The translations under genes and the position numbers were made by a program. Positions 28,008 through 38,088 of a stretch of DNA of 64,000 nucleotides are shown here, piece by piece (the first letter of the stretch is position 1; every line of letters begins with the position of its first letter). Origin of the DNA: a virus (taxonomy: Duplodnaviria > Caudoviricetes); IMG/VR virus record IMGVR_UViG_3300037243_000030, positions 2,512 through 66,511 of that record; one strand, given 5' to 3'. The notes below the pieces were generated by a model that worked only from the letters and a program-made list of their open reading frames with translations, had not been told where the DNA came from and made no database searches.

Positions 28008-29272
28008 TATTGTACGCCTCCTTCCAAGGCTTTCCCGGCTTTAGCCAGGGCTTCACATGCGTTAATTGACCGCTGCATATGGGACTGCGGTTGATTGGCG
28101 GTATTCTTATCCATAGCCGCCTGACGATTGCCGGCGAGTTTGGATGCAATTATGCCGTAAGAATTTTTACTGGACTGCCGGGCATCCTGGACGGTAGCAC
28201 GCAGCTTATTGGCTGCCTCAAGGCGAAGTTTTTCGTCGGGAATAGCCATGATAATCGGCGCCATGTCATGCACGAATTTTTTCATGGAATTGGCGTCGTG
28301 GGCCTTATCCTTAGACTCTTCCTTCTTTTCCTCTTCTTTAATGGCTTTCTTGTCTTCCTTTTCAGGATAGTTCTCGTCGGGATCAGCGTCGGCACCGTCT
28401 TTATAAAACTCGTCGCATTCTTTCTCGACGGCATCCATAACAGCTTTAGCGTCATCGACTTCGGATTTTTCAGCCGATTCGAGTTTATCTAGGCGAGCGA
28501 TGGCCTGTTTCAGAAGGGCCAGGATTTCGCTGTCGCCACCCTCGGCGGCGTCTTTGACTTCCTTTTTGTCTTCGTCAGGTTTTTCGTCCTTAGCGCTACA
28601 GTCTTTAACTTCATCTTCCTTCATGGCGTCCATCGCCTTAGCGATATCTTCCGGTTCAGCGTCTTGGGCAAAGGCTTTAAACCCCATCGCTGCCAAAAGT
28701 TCTTTCGTGATTTTACCCACTCTTTTTTTGCCTCCTTGTTCCGGTTTTTGGTCTTGAATTGCTACTCGCGGACCGGCTCGTCCGCTGGGTACAACAGCTA
28801 CGTGATTGCCGCAAATCTCTTTTTGTTCATATTGGCCATCTTCCAAAGGAACCCAAATACAGTCATACCCGCAGGATACTTCACGTTTATTACCGGACTT
28901 TATCTCGGAAATCAACAAAGCGTCCTTAATTACCAGATCAGCCAATAAAAAATCGCCCTCGCGGCGAATGTTGGTTGGCTGTCCTTTTTCTGCCATTTCG
29001 ACAGTGTTAATGTCAAGGTTGGCTACGGGATGCTTATTAGTTACAGATTTCAGATTAAAACTGGCCATTGTTGCCGGTGAAAACAATTCTTCCGGGCTGC
29101 GATAAACACGGCAAAGACGATCTGCTGGTTCGTTAAAATTTCTTGGCAACTCGCGGCCATAATAATCCATCCAGCCTATTCGACCTATAGGGACATTCAA
29201 ACAGATCAAATATCCCTCTTCAGTCTCAGCCATGTTATCGCTAATTTTATCTGCGTAAAATGCTAGTGCCAC
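28007..29272 (-). CDS. DUF2213 head maturation/scaffold protein
   Basis: EGYLIC.NVPIGR.G, VYRSPEELF, REVSCGYD, NHVAVV..GRAG; acidic C-terminus. Confidence 0.9.
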   Translation of the reverse strand: MALAFYADKISDNMAETEEGYLICLNVPIGRIGWMDYYGRELPRNFNEPADRLCRVYRSPEELFSPATMASFNLKSVTNKHPVANLDINTVEMAEKGQPTNIRREGDFLLADLVIKDALLISEIKSGNKREVSCGYDCIWVPLEDGQYEQKEICGNHVAVVPSGRAGPRVAIQDQKPEQGGKKRVGKITKELLAAMGFKAFAQDAEPEDIAKAMDAMKEDEVKDCSAKDEKPDEDKKEVKDAAEGGDSEILALLKQAIARLDKLESAEKSEVDDAKAVMDAVEKECDEFYKDGADADPDENYPEKEDKKAIKEEEKKEESKDKAHDANSMKKFVHDMAPIIMAIPDEKLRLEAANKLRATVQDARQSSKNSYGIIASKLAGNRQAAMDKNTANQPQSHMQRSINACEALAKAGKALEGGVQ

Positions 29273-29301
29273 GCCATCACCTCCTTATGTGGTGGCTAAT
29301 A

Positions 29302-29877
29302 CTATGATAGATCCTCAGACCACTCGATAGCATACGAAACGGTATTACCGCCTGAAAGTGCCTGGGCATTCAGATTGATTGCCAGACATTGAGCAATTCC
29401 ACGAAGAATAATGGGTTTGTCATTGCGAGTCGCAAAATCAAAGACCAGATTACTTGCGGCTCCAGCGGTAGCCAACGGAAAATTCAGTTTCTGCGAACTA
29501 ACAATAACCCCAGTTCCAAGCCCGGTAGGATTGACCGAAAACTGGTTAACTACTCCTGTCGGGGCTACGTCAGAACTATCAAACTGTGAAATAGACGGCT
29601 GCGTCGCGGTACCGCCCGTATTCGCTACGGTACGTTTGACCAAGGAAACATCCATGGTTCCAGCAGTGGTGGCTAGGCCGCTGATAACGACTCTTTTTAT
29701 TCTTAGCGTCTTTGTGGCACTCCCCACCAGAGTAACAATGTCGGTAGGAATTGCCGCAGGAGTCATTGCAATTCCAGCGACTCCATAGGTGGCGGCTGTA
29801 GATTCTTCGGTCACATGCAGGTTACCGTCAGCATCTACAGCGGCACCAAAAATACTGATATTTGCGTCTCTTGGCAT
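29302..29877 (-). CDS. Beta-rich putative structural protein
   Basis: 191 aa, Thr/Ala/Gly-rich, strong RBS. Confidence 0.7.
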   Translation of the reverse strand: MPRDANISIFGAAVDADGNLHVTEESTAATYGVAGIAMTPAAIPTDIVTLVGSATKTLRIKRVVISGLATTAGTMDVSLVKRTVANTGGTATQPSISQFDSSDVAPTGVVNQFSVNPTGLGTGVIVSSQKLNFPLATAGAASNLVFDFATRNDKPIILRGIAQCLAINLNAQALSGGNTVSYAIEWSEDLS

Positions 29878-29906
29878 AAGTTTAAAACCTCCTTATTTTT
29901 GGGTAT

Positions 29907-29930
29907 AAAAAAATCGCCCTTATGGCGATG
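29907..29930 (-). terminator. Terminator closing the 29981-37670 block
   Basis: ATCGCC-ATAA-GGGCGAT-TTTTTT. Confidence 0.65.
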
Positions 29931-29980
29931 GACTTGATAGTTACTTTTTCATGGACATTCCCCCTTGCAAAATACGCATC

Positions 29981-32900
29981 TTATAAAGCGTTAGATACAT
30001 TAATAACTTCTGCCCATGCGTTCCAGCCACTGGTTGAATCAGCTAGATAGGCGACAATGGTCTGGTCATGGGTGAAGTCGGCCCATATACCATAGCAACA
30101 ATCACTGACCGTAGTTGATCGCTGATAAATCTGCTGGACAGTAAATCCATCAGTTGCGTAAATATTGCCATAGCCGATACAACCATTTTGTCTACCGGAC
30201 TGTATTGCACCAGGAGTATTCCAGCTAAAATAAGCTCTGGAATTGGTGTAATCAACTGGCCCCATTGACCCAATTGGGACTGACCCAGAGTTCCAACTCG
30301 GGCAGACAAGCAATGGAAAATCGAAGTATAAGGTGCTGCCCGGCTGCGTGCCGCCAACAGGACGAATATACCGCGAGATCCCGACTTTGGCGTCATCGCT
30401 GACGAATAATACACAATTCTTGAGCGGGAAGGCGTAAGTTGGCTGGGACTCCAGTGTCCCCTGTGGATAGGTAGCTCTGTACCAGTTCACGCAATCAAAG
30501 GAGTAAAATATCATTGTCCAACTGATATTATCACCGCAACTAATCCAGTAAATGCCCTCGTACGGGTCGTAGACGCAAGAGTGGATGTGTGAGGTATAGC
30601 CGCTTTGATAAGGTATATAGGTACTCAGAGTAAATATTAGCCCCCACGTTACACCACCGTCTAAGCTACGAAATACCTGAGCATTGCCGGTGTAATTGTG
30701 GTCGTAGTTGGTACTCAGAACAATATTTTGATAACAGTTTACGCCAAATGCATTTGCTGGCGGGAATGCCAAAGGCCCATAAGTTATGGCAAAGGATGTG
30801 CCGCCATTGGTAGAAAGATAGATGTTGTTATCGCTCAGCCAAACAAGGATATTACCGTTGCTGCAAACAACCACATTATTTATATCTGAACCAGATGCAA
30901 ATGTGTATACCGTGCTAAATGATGTACCCCAGTTTGTTGATTTAGACAAGATATTGCCATTGCCAGTCGTATAACCGTAAATAACCCCTTGAGCTACGGC
31001 AAGCGGTGTAAATAAAACCGAATTAATCAAAGGTGCGGTTTGGAAAGTATTTTGCTGCCAAGGTTGTGTTTGGTAAGGAACTCTTGGCGTTTCATCGAAC
31101 CAGTAAGAAAGCGTCAATTTTGAAGTAGCATTGCTATTGGTATTTGTGAGTGTAATTGATGTGGTGTTACTTACATCAATAGAATAGTACCCACGATCTG
31201 CGACATATGCCTCGTTGAAACCTGTTTGCAGATTAACGCAAGAAGTATTTAAATATGTGCCCTTATCAAGATTAAGTGCTTGAGCCTGGACAACCATACC
31301 CCAGCATAAGTCTACATTTAGAAATAGTGTGTTATGCCCTGTCGTATTGATTGTAACTATTTTGACTGTTATTTCGTCATTCCACGCCTGAGTTACCGCT
31401 GTTGTCTGTGATGACAGCGTTTCAATTGCCTGGTTAAATATAGCCGTTGTCCCTGTTGTTGTTACTGTACTGCCGCTAGGAGTAACAGTGTAATATGCCC
31501 TATAATATTGTAAGATGTTAGTGCTAGAGGGGGCTACTGTAGTTTTAAGTGTGATATACGGTTCTAGAAACTGATCGCCAGGTTGCACAGTATAAAAAAT
31601 ACTGTATAGGTAATCTGTAGCATCTAACTGTGTTTTTGTAATTGTTCCCGGCGAAGGATTAAGTGTAGTGCCGTTATTGATTACAGTTATATTCATAGTG
31701 GCATCAGAAACACCATCCACAAACATGCCAGCAGTTATTGAAAATTGCAGAAAAATATTTAGCGTATACCCTGCAAAGATCGTGCTATTAATCGGTATTT
31801 TAGCTTTCTGGTAAGTACCATTACCGGAACCAGAAGTGTTTTGAATAATTTGCCAATTAGCTAAATTGACTGTTCCACCATTTGAACCGGAACCAGACGG
31901 AACAGCTTGACTCAAAAAGTCGTATTGCAAAGCTACTGAATTAACTCCACTTGTAAGGCTATTATTTGTATTAATTATTGCTGCGTTCAGTGTAGCGATT
32001 TCGTTTGCTACTTGGTATTGTGACGCTAAATATAATTGACTCCCACTAACAATAATGGGAGTCTGAAATGTCACTGATGTTCCTGTCGAACCTGTCCGGT
32101 AATCCATCTTAAATTGAATCGTTGCGGTAGTTGCTGGAATTAAAATACCTTCAATGCCGTACCAACCGTTAGCGATTGCCGGAATAATTACTGTACTGCC
32201 AACTTGCGCACCAGATGAGTTCATAAATACGATATGCTTGAGCAGATTTGTACTATCAGAAGTAACATTTACCCCCGTACTAAAAAAGTTACCTACAGAT
32301 AAATTACCAGTCGCATTTAACGCATACGTCAAATATCCATTTGTCGGATCTGCACCGATTGTAAATGCGTTATTGGCTATAGTAACCATTGAACTAGGAG
32401 CATACAGCCCGCTAAAATAACTATCGCCTGTATGATTAATTATTTGACTAAGTGTTGAATTGCCATCACTACCGTAAAATAAATTGGTTACTACTGCTGT
32501 AAGTTCGCTAATACGAGCCTGAGTGGTTGTTGCGGTATAAAGCGACTGAGTCGCGCTTGCGGCGGTTACTGTGTTATTAAGTACCGGCGGAACATAAGTT
32601 GATTTAATCCAATAACCGCTTCCACTTGCACCTTGCTTAACCCAGATACCATCGCTTGTTGACGTTGTAGGAGAACCATTGGAAAGTGTTATTGTCCCAG
32701 TTCTGGTCATTGCTGGAGGTGTGTTGCCATAACCTGGATTAGTCTCAGTAATATTGATTACATCTGTCCCGATTGGATTTGTAACTGTATAAATAGCATT
32801 GATCGTCGTGTTGCCGGCCAGTGCTGCCGCTATATTTGCAGCCGTAACAATGTTAGTCCCACCAATATTAAACTGATTACCACTTGCGCCCGAAGCAACA

Positions 32901-33604
32901 GCAGTGAAAGTTACACCGTTAAAAGTAACTGTGTCACCTACTGCGGCGTTAGTAATCTCATAAACTTGTCTAAAACCTGCTACCGTAACGTCGCCGTAGA
33001 CCAAACACGTAATACCTTGATTATGTGCTAAATCAACGTTCATCAGAGCGCACGTATTATAGTTTAATGTGGTAATTGATTGGGCGGCCAAATTAACAGC
33101 ATTTGCGGCGTTCATTGCGGCTGCCGCCTGTATCTGGGAATCAGCATCAGCATTTTGGGCGGCTGTAACACTATTACTTATACCAGCTATGGCCGTGTTA
33201 GCCGCATTTATCGCGCTAATTAATTCGTTAGGCATTATAAAAGCTATTGCAGGAGTGTACTCATTATTGCCAGCAAGTAGGTCACCCACTTTAAAACTAG
33301 CAATTGTGGAACTACATTGTTGCCCGGTAGTCAATTGTATAGATGCTTGTACTGTGTATATTCCAGCTATCGGTAAATCCCCAGAAACAGTCGTATATGT
33401 AGATAATCCCCCATTTGTGGGTAAGCTAATTGCTGCGCCCCTTGTAAATCCGTTACCGTTTGGATCTACAAAATTAAGAGACACAATACTAGCATTTGTT
33501 AAATCATAGGGGCCATTGTTTTGAGTTAATGTGGCCGTTAAGACGGCCCCTATATCTCCAGCAGCGGGCAAGCCACCTGCGAATAAAATTGTTAGATTAA
33601 TCAT
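29981..33604 (-). CDS. 1207-aa protein: BppU-like N-domain, fibre-like middle, Asp-box beta-propeller C-domain
   Basis: Asp-boxes KSTNWGTSF, YLSTNGGTSF, FRSLDGGVTW, YSFDCVNW; N-terminus GPYDLTNASIVSLNF...GDL..AGIY. Confidence 0.75.
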   Translation of the reverse strand: MINLTILFAGGLPAAGDIGAVLTATLTQNNGPYDLTNASIVSLNFVDPNGNGFTRGAAISLPTNGGLSTYTTVSGDLPIAGIYTVQASIQLTTGQQCSSTIASFKVGDLLAGNNEYTPAIAFIMPNELISAINAANTAIAGISNSVTAAQNADADSQIQAAAAMNAANAVNLAAQSITTLNYNTCALMNVDLAHNQGITCLVYGDVTVAGFRQVYEITNAAVGDTVTFNGVTFTAVASGASGNQFNIGGTNIVTAANIAAALAGNTTINAIYTVTNPIGTDVINITETNPGYGNTPPAMTRTGTITLSNGSPTTSTSDGIWVKQGASGSGYWIKSTYVPPVLNNTVTAASATQSLYTATTTQARISELTAVVTNLFYGSDGNSTLSQIINHTGDSYFSGLYAPSSMVTIANNAFTIGADPTNGYLTYALNATGNLSVGNFFSTGVNVTSDSTNLLKHIVFMNSSGAQVGSTVIIPAIANGWYGIEGILIPATTATIQFKMDYRTGSTGTSVTFQTPIIVSGSQLYLASQYQVANEIATLNAAIINTNNSLTSGVNSVALQYDFLSQAVPSGSGSNGGTVNLANWQIIQNTSGSGNGTYQKAKIPINSTIFAGYTLNIFLQFSITAGMFVDGVSDATMNITVINNGTTLNPSPGTITKTQLDATDYLYSIFYTVQPGDQFLEPYITLKTTVAPSSTNILQYYRAYYTVTPSGSTVTTTGTTAIFNQAIETLSSQTTAVTQAWNDEITVKIVTINTTGHNTLFLNVDLCWGMVVQAQALNLDKGTYLNTSCVNLQTGFNEAYVADRGYYSIDVSNTTSITLTNTNSNATSKLTLSYWFDETPRVPYQTQPWQQNTFQTAPLINSVLFTPLAVAQGVIYGYTTGNGNILSKSTNWGTSFSTVYTFASGSDINNVVVCSNGNILVWLSDNNIYLSTNGGTSFAITYGPLAFPPANAFGVNCYQNIVLSTNYDHNYTGNAQVFRSLDGGVTWGLIFTLSTYIPYQSGYTSHIHSCVYDPYEGIYWISCGDNISWTMIFYSFDCVNWYRATYPQGTLESQPTYAFPLKNCVLFVSDDAKVGISRYIRPVGGTQPGSTLYFDFPLLVCPSWNSGSVPIGSMGPVDYTNSRAYFSWNTPGAIQSGRQNGCIGYGNIYATDGFTVQQIYQRSTTVSDCCYGIWADFTHDQTIVAYLADSTSGWNAWAEVINVSNAL

Positions 33605-33622
33605 ATTGCACCGCCTTTTTGT

Positions 33623-33790
33623 TTAAGGCCAAACATTTACCATACAGCCTTCGGCATCGATGTATGTCGCCATATACGTACCACCCGTAAGCCCCGTTAA
33701 ATAAGTCTGGCACTGTGCCAACGTTCCGGGATACGTTCCGATGCTGGCCCAAGTGCCATCAGATTGCTGCTCGTAAATCGTATAATTCAC
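33623..33790 (-). CDS. Small hypothetical protein (55 aa)
   Basis: AAGGGGG then GTG; MNYTIYEQQSDGTWASIGTYPGTLAQCQTYLTGLTGGTYMATYIDAEGCMVNVWP. Confidence 0.6.
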   Translation of the reverse strand: MNYTIYEQQSDGTWASIGTYPGTLAQCQTYLTGLTGGTYMATYIDAEGCMVNVWP

Positions 33791-33802
33791 GTTGCCGCCC
33801 CC

Positions 33803-35620
33803 TTAGTTAGTGCCGTACAAATTGACATAGTTTATGGTCGCCGCTGATCCAGCTGTTGAGCAGTAAACCCTCGCATATTTGGCTGTCATACCGGTTGTTG
33901 AGGCGACAGCTACTGTGGATGAAGCAACCGATGTTACCGGCGCGGAAGCAACATACCAGTTAACATTATCTGACGAAAACTGGATTTCAAATGCTGGCGC
34001 AGTAGTTGTGATTGTTCCAGCATTAGCTGTTAGAGTTACGGACTTGCAACCCTCAATATTGAAGGACTTCGTACTGCCACCAATAGCCTGGGTTGATGTC
34101 CAAGTCGTATCATAGAAACTGTGAGCAATTAATGGAGACACACTGCCGCGCATTGTCGTAATTGAAAATGTGAAACTTGGTGAACTACCGGAGATTGTCC
34201 ATACCCATTCTCGTCTGCCGCCTATCGCAATATATGGAATGTCGTAAGTTCCGGTTGCGGTAATGGGCTGTGTGTCATATACGTCTTTCCATGTGGTACC
34301 GTTATCGGACGAGGTATAGAGTGAGGCTATCATTACCGGGGTTGTGCCAGAAACGGCTGTGACATTGACTAGGGCCGAAACAGCTTGACCACTTATATCC
34401 GAAATTACCCCTGAGTTGCCGCTCGTGGTTTTGGCTGCGCTAGCAACATCTGTATTTGATGCAGCCCCTTGTTGTATAACACCCAATGATCTATATGTCG
34501 CTGTAGGATCACTTGCATAGCTAGTACTTCCGCCAGCAACCTGAATAATACCAATACCACCAATTAGATTCGTCCCAGGCGGCAACGCCTGTCCAGCCAA
34601 AGGTGCAACTCTCAATTCAGTGTATGCCTGAACCGTACCACCTGATATTGCTGTGCTTATATATGCCTTAACGTAACGATATGTTGGTTGACCAATAAAA
34701 TAATAATTGGTACTTGCCGCAGGAGTTATTGAAGTTACGCCAGTATTATTCGCGGTATTTGTCAAATAAATGGGTACAGGGTTAATACCATCGTTTGAGC
34801 CGACAAAACTGACCACGCCACCAGATATACCCGCACTTGCATTAATCTGAATTGCAACCGAGCCATATCCCGTAGTATCAAGCCATCCACTACTAGCACT
34901 TGCCAGCAGTATATTGTTGTTTAGCGTACTCTGCGAAGCCGCACCCGTGATATATTGGTCAGCACTAGCAACTGGCAACTGCCCCGGATTTGTAGCAACG
35001 CCGTTAATTTCATTTATAGCAGATGGTGAATTGCCAAGGTTAGTAGTCACATATGGTTGTTCCATGGGGCCATAGGTTGTTTGCAAAGCAAGTTTAGTTG
35101 TCGTACTCGCACCTGTATTCTGAATGGTAACCTGGAAATACCAAGCATTAATGGGATAGCCAATGTTTAGCCCTGTATTGGCTGCTCGTGTATATGTCGT
35201 TGTCTGAGCAAGTTGGGTGCCACCAGCGTCCACATATTGATTAACAACTACAGTATATGGCTGATCAGAATATGCTGTTATTTGAGCATCTTCCTGGTTA
35301 GCGTTTAACGAACTCTGTATAGTGCCTGTAAAAGTTGCACCCGCACCGAGTTGTGTTGTCGTACTATTACCCGGATCAGCAATATAGCTATATCCGTTTA
35401 TTTGTACGCCGTTGGTTGTGCCTGGGGTTGTTTGGTCGATTCCGACCTTACCGGCTACATTAGTTCCAGCAGCAAGATTGACATTCATTGCCCCGTTTGA
35501 ACCAGAAACGCTAGTTACGGCCCCGGAAGTCGAATCGACATACTGCGAAGGGGCGGCTACCGCAAAACTTGGAAACAATAAAAACAGCGCAACTAAAAAC
35601 GCTAGAAATCTATTTTTCAT
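33803..35620 (-). CDS. Beta-rich multidomain protein with signal peptide
   Basis: MKNRFLAFLVALFLLFPSFAVA; S/T/G-rich jelly-roll-like modules. Confidence 0.75.
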   Translation of the reverse strand: MKNRFLAFLVALFLLFPSFAVAAPSQYVDSTSGAVTSVSGSNGAMNVNLAAGTNVAGKVGIDQTTPGTTNGVQINGYSYIADPGNSTTTQLGAGATFTGTIQSSLNANQEDAQITAYSDQPYTVVVNQYVDAGGTQLAQTTTYTRAANTGLNIGYPINAWYFQVTIQNTGASTTTKLALQTTYGPMEQPYVTTNLGNSPSAINEINGVATNPGQLPVASADQYITGAASQSTLNNNILLASASSGWLDTTGYGSVAIQINASAGISGGVVSFVGSNDGINPVPIYLTNTANNTGVTSITPAASTNYYFIGQPTYRYVKAYISTAISGGTVQAYTELRVAPLAGQALPPGTNLIGGIGIIQVAGGSTSYASDPTATYRSLGVIQQGAASNTDVASAAKTTSGNSGVISDISGQAVSALVNVTAVSGTTPVMIASLYTSSDNGTTWKDVYDTQPITATGTYDIPYIAIGGRREWVWTISGSSPSFTFSITTMRGSVSPLIAHSFYDTTWTSTQAIGGSTKSFNIEGCKSVTLTANAGTITTTAPAFEIQFSSDNVNWYVASAPVTSVASSTVAVASTTGMTAKYARVYCSTAGSAATINYVNLYGTN

Positions 35621-35637
35621 TCCATATCATCCTTTCT

Positions 35638-36255
35638 CTATACTACAAAGTAACTTACGCCCTCATTAGCCACATCAGCGTCAATCCAAATCAAATTGGC
35701 ATTTGACACCTCGTAAGTCACCGGCATATCAGCGGCCAACGCAACACCGTAATTTGTTGCTGATACTGTAGTAAATCCGGTATATACCCGATTAGAACCA
35801 GTAATAGCAATGGCACTACCGACATTCTTAGCAAGTCCAATCAACGTTACTTTGCGACAAGGAGCAGCGGGCAGTTGTACCGCCGTTCCGGGAGTTACTA
35901 CATGGGCTATACCATGGCTGCCGGACGAGGAACCAAGAGTTAAAACACCGTTGGTCGTTCCTGGAGTGGTCTGGTCAATACCAAATTTGCCAGCAATGGC
36001 CGTACCTGCTCCTAATACAGGATTGGTTGTATTCGTGGCGATAGTCACTAACGATGTATTACCGGTAGTCTGATTTGCCGCTGTCGCAGCACCATTCAAT
36101 ATGCCTAAATTAGCTGTAACCGTCGCCGTAGTATCTACAATACCATTCGACCCGGTTATAGGTTCAAATCCACCAGTACCCGTACCACCAACTGGGTTCC
36201 AGTATTGAGGGATCGGTACTCCATTAGCATCTAATAAAAGTGCAGGATATGCCAT
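35638..36255 (-). CDS. Beta-rich putative structural protein
   Basis: LLLDANGVPIPQYW; shares GK.GIDQTTPGTTNGV with the 605-aa neighbour. Confidence 0.7.
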   Translation of the reverse strand: MAYPALLLDANGVPIPQYWNPVGGTGTGGFEPITGSNGIVDTTATVTANLGILNGAATAANQTTGNTSLVTIATNTTNPVLGAGTAIAGKFGIDQTTPGTTNGVLTLGSSSGSHGIAHVVTPGTAVQLPAAPCRKVTLIGLAKNVGSAIAITGSNRVYTGFTTVSATNYGVALAADMPVTYEVSNANLIWIDADVANEGVSYFVV

Positions 36256-36269
36256 TTATTTATCCCCCT

Positions 36270-37670
36270 TTACTGCTCATAACCGGCAAGAAAATACGTG
36301 ATCTGTGTTGCCGCTGCAGTAGCCCCGGCCTGTACACTCATCTGACTACCACTTGGGCAAGCAGGCTCAGAACCTATATTTATAGCATTAATAGGTGATG
36401 TCTGTTGAGAATGTCCAATTAACACATTTCCAGTACTTGCAGTTAATGACGTATTCACACTTACAACCGAGGGGTTAGTACTATTATTACAAGAGATAAA
36501 ATCCGTCAAATAGAACGTTTTGCCGGTCGTAACCGTGTAACTTAATGTCTGCACCGTAGTAACTGACGTACTGGTTGTAATCGTCCCAGTAAAAGACTTC
36601 AGTGTCTGATTAGGTGCTTTAGGCGCCTGCGTCATTGGCATCGGCGAGGTTGCATTACAAGGAGACATATTAGAACCCAAAAATCCAAATTGAACCTGTA
36701 CAGTATCTAAGTTGTTTACAAAAATGCCATCAGTAATCAAATTGGTATTTGATGCAGGTGCAGATGCTCCGTTTATTACACCATAAAAAATACCTAATAC
36801 TATATAAGAGGGTGGTATTTGCGTCTTGTGTGTAGCAATTGGAATGTCATCTATCATAAATATTGCATATTCAGAAGTTAATTCTACCCTTAGACGATGA
36901 CTGGTGCTATTTGTCCAGGAATTGGGCAATGTCCATGTATAAGATTCTGTATTGCTTGCTCCAGCACCTGATTGGGTAACCGTGGTAATCTGTGTATTGT
37001 TCGTGCCGCTATACGTAAAATAAGCACCAACAGTTGGCGTTGTAATGCTATCCATGATACCCGCGTAAAACGTTTGATTAGCTATGCATTGAGACAATGC
37101 AGATCCTGGGAACACAAGAATTATAGGTACAAAATCTACTGATCTAGTAATATAAGTCGCAGAATTAGCAGTAGTTCCTGCACCAATCGTCAAAATCGAG
37201 TTAGCCACTGACACTGTGCCACCCGTACCAATAACAGGTTGAAATCTGGATTGTATTGCTGCTCCGGTTGCTGTTGACCCTGTATAATTTGTATAAAGAT
37301 TTAAAGTTGTATCATTAAGTATTTGGCCCACCTGGGCATATGCAGTAATAGCGTCAGAACTTAATTTAATATAGTCGCCTACCATAATTCCACTAGAAAG
37401 AAAACCACCTGAAGTTGTTACAATATTGCTTCCGGTAGTAAATGATAAAGTATTAGCAAAAGGAGAATAATAAATATTTGCCCCATTAGTAAAACTATCT
37501 CTTATACTACCCTCGTCAGTGTAAATAGGGCCACGGATCTGGAGATTACTTGCTCCATCAAAAGATAGCTGCGTAGGCGCGTTAGCAACAGTATTATCAA
37601 ATGCCGTATTATATGGGTAATAACCGCCTTGACCGATTCCAAAATTAGGTACCCCAATATTTCCAGCCAA
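36270..37670 (-). CDS. Beta-rich protein with lectin/ConA-like segment
   Basis: 466 aa; HRLRVELT..YAIFMIDDIPIATH resembles the laminin-G/ConA-type YxxF.IDG..V..H motif. Confidence 0.65.
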   Translation of the reverse strand: MAGNIGVPNFGIGQGGYYPYNTAFDNTVANAPTQLSFDGASNLQIRGPIYTDEGSIRDSFTNGANIYYSPFANTLSFTTGSNIVTTSGGFLSSGIMVGDYIKLSSDAITAYAQVGQILNDTTLNLYTNYTGSTATGAAIQSRFQPVIGTGGTVSVANSILTIGAGTTANSATYITRSVDFVPIILVFPGSALSQCIANQTFYAGIMDSITTPTVGAYFTYSGTNNTQITTVTQSGAGASNTESYTWTLPNSWTNSTSHRLRVELTSEYAIFMIDDIPIATHKTQIPPSYIVLGIFYGVINGASAPASNTNLITDGIFVNNLDTVQVQFGFLGSNMSPCNATSPMPMTQAPKAPNQTLKSFTGTITTSTSVTTVQTLSYTVTTGKTFYLTDFISCNNSTNPSVVSVNTSLTASTGNVLIGHSQQTSPINAINIGSEPACPSGSQMSVQAGATAAATQITYFLAGYEQ

Positions 37671-37710
37671 ATTTAGTCACCTTCTTTTTTTAGTTTCGCG
37701 GTATAAAAAC

Positions 37711-37756
37711 AAAAAGAGGCTAGAATCTACGTTGCAAAACGTAAACTCTGGCCTCT
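37711..37756 (-). terminator. Long hairpin/terminator
   Basis: AGAGGCCAGAGTTTACGTT-TTGC-AACGTAGATTCTAGCCTCT-TTTTG. Confidence 0.65.
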
Positions 37757-37777
37757 AAAATTTCATGAGCCTAATTA

Positions 37778-37939
37778 CTAAAATATGTAGTTTTGAATAA
37801 AACTTAATAATTTGTTTTTAGGTTTATTTCTTTCTTTAATTATTTCCTCTACCATTCTTGCCATCATTTTACGATGAATTGTTAACATTGGTTCGCTTTC
37901 ATAAAGACGTTGTAAAATAGCCCTTTGTTCGTCGGTCAT
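37778..37939 (-). CDS. Small hypothetical protein (53 aa)
   Basis: ATGA-coupled; MTDEQRAILQRLYESEP... Confidence 0.5.
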   Translation of the reverse strand: MTDEQRAILQRLYESEPMLTIHRKMMARMVEEIIKERNKPKNKLLSFIQNYIF

Positions 37940-38088
37940 AATTTTACTCTTTTCTCTACGATTTTACCGTCAACCACTTGCAGGACCGCCGTATACGTGC
38001 AATTTCCGTTTTTAATATCTTTAATCCTGACCTCGTAATCATCGTATTCAGCGAGTTTTCGACCACATTTACAGAGTAGGTTCGTCAT
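37936..38088 (-). CDS. Small Com-like zinc-ribbon protein (50 aa)
   Basis: MTNLLCKCGRKLAEYDDYEVRIKDIKNGNC...; ATGA-coupled on both sides. Confidence 0.5.
   Translation of the reverse strand: MTNLLCKCGRKLAEYDDYEVRIKDIKNGNCTYTAVLQVVDGKIVEKRVKL

Noticed and set aside
10784-35669. Many plus-strand ORFs of 60-190 aa within the late operon (e.g. 11672-12124, 21016-21591, 27321-27779)
   Set aside because: Antisense shadows of well-supported minus-strand genes, with no RBS or motifs
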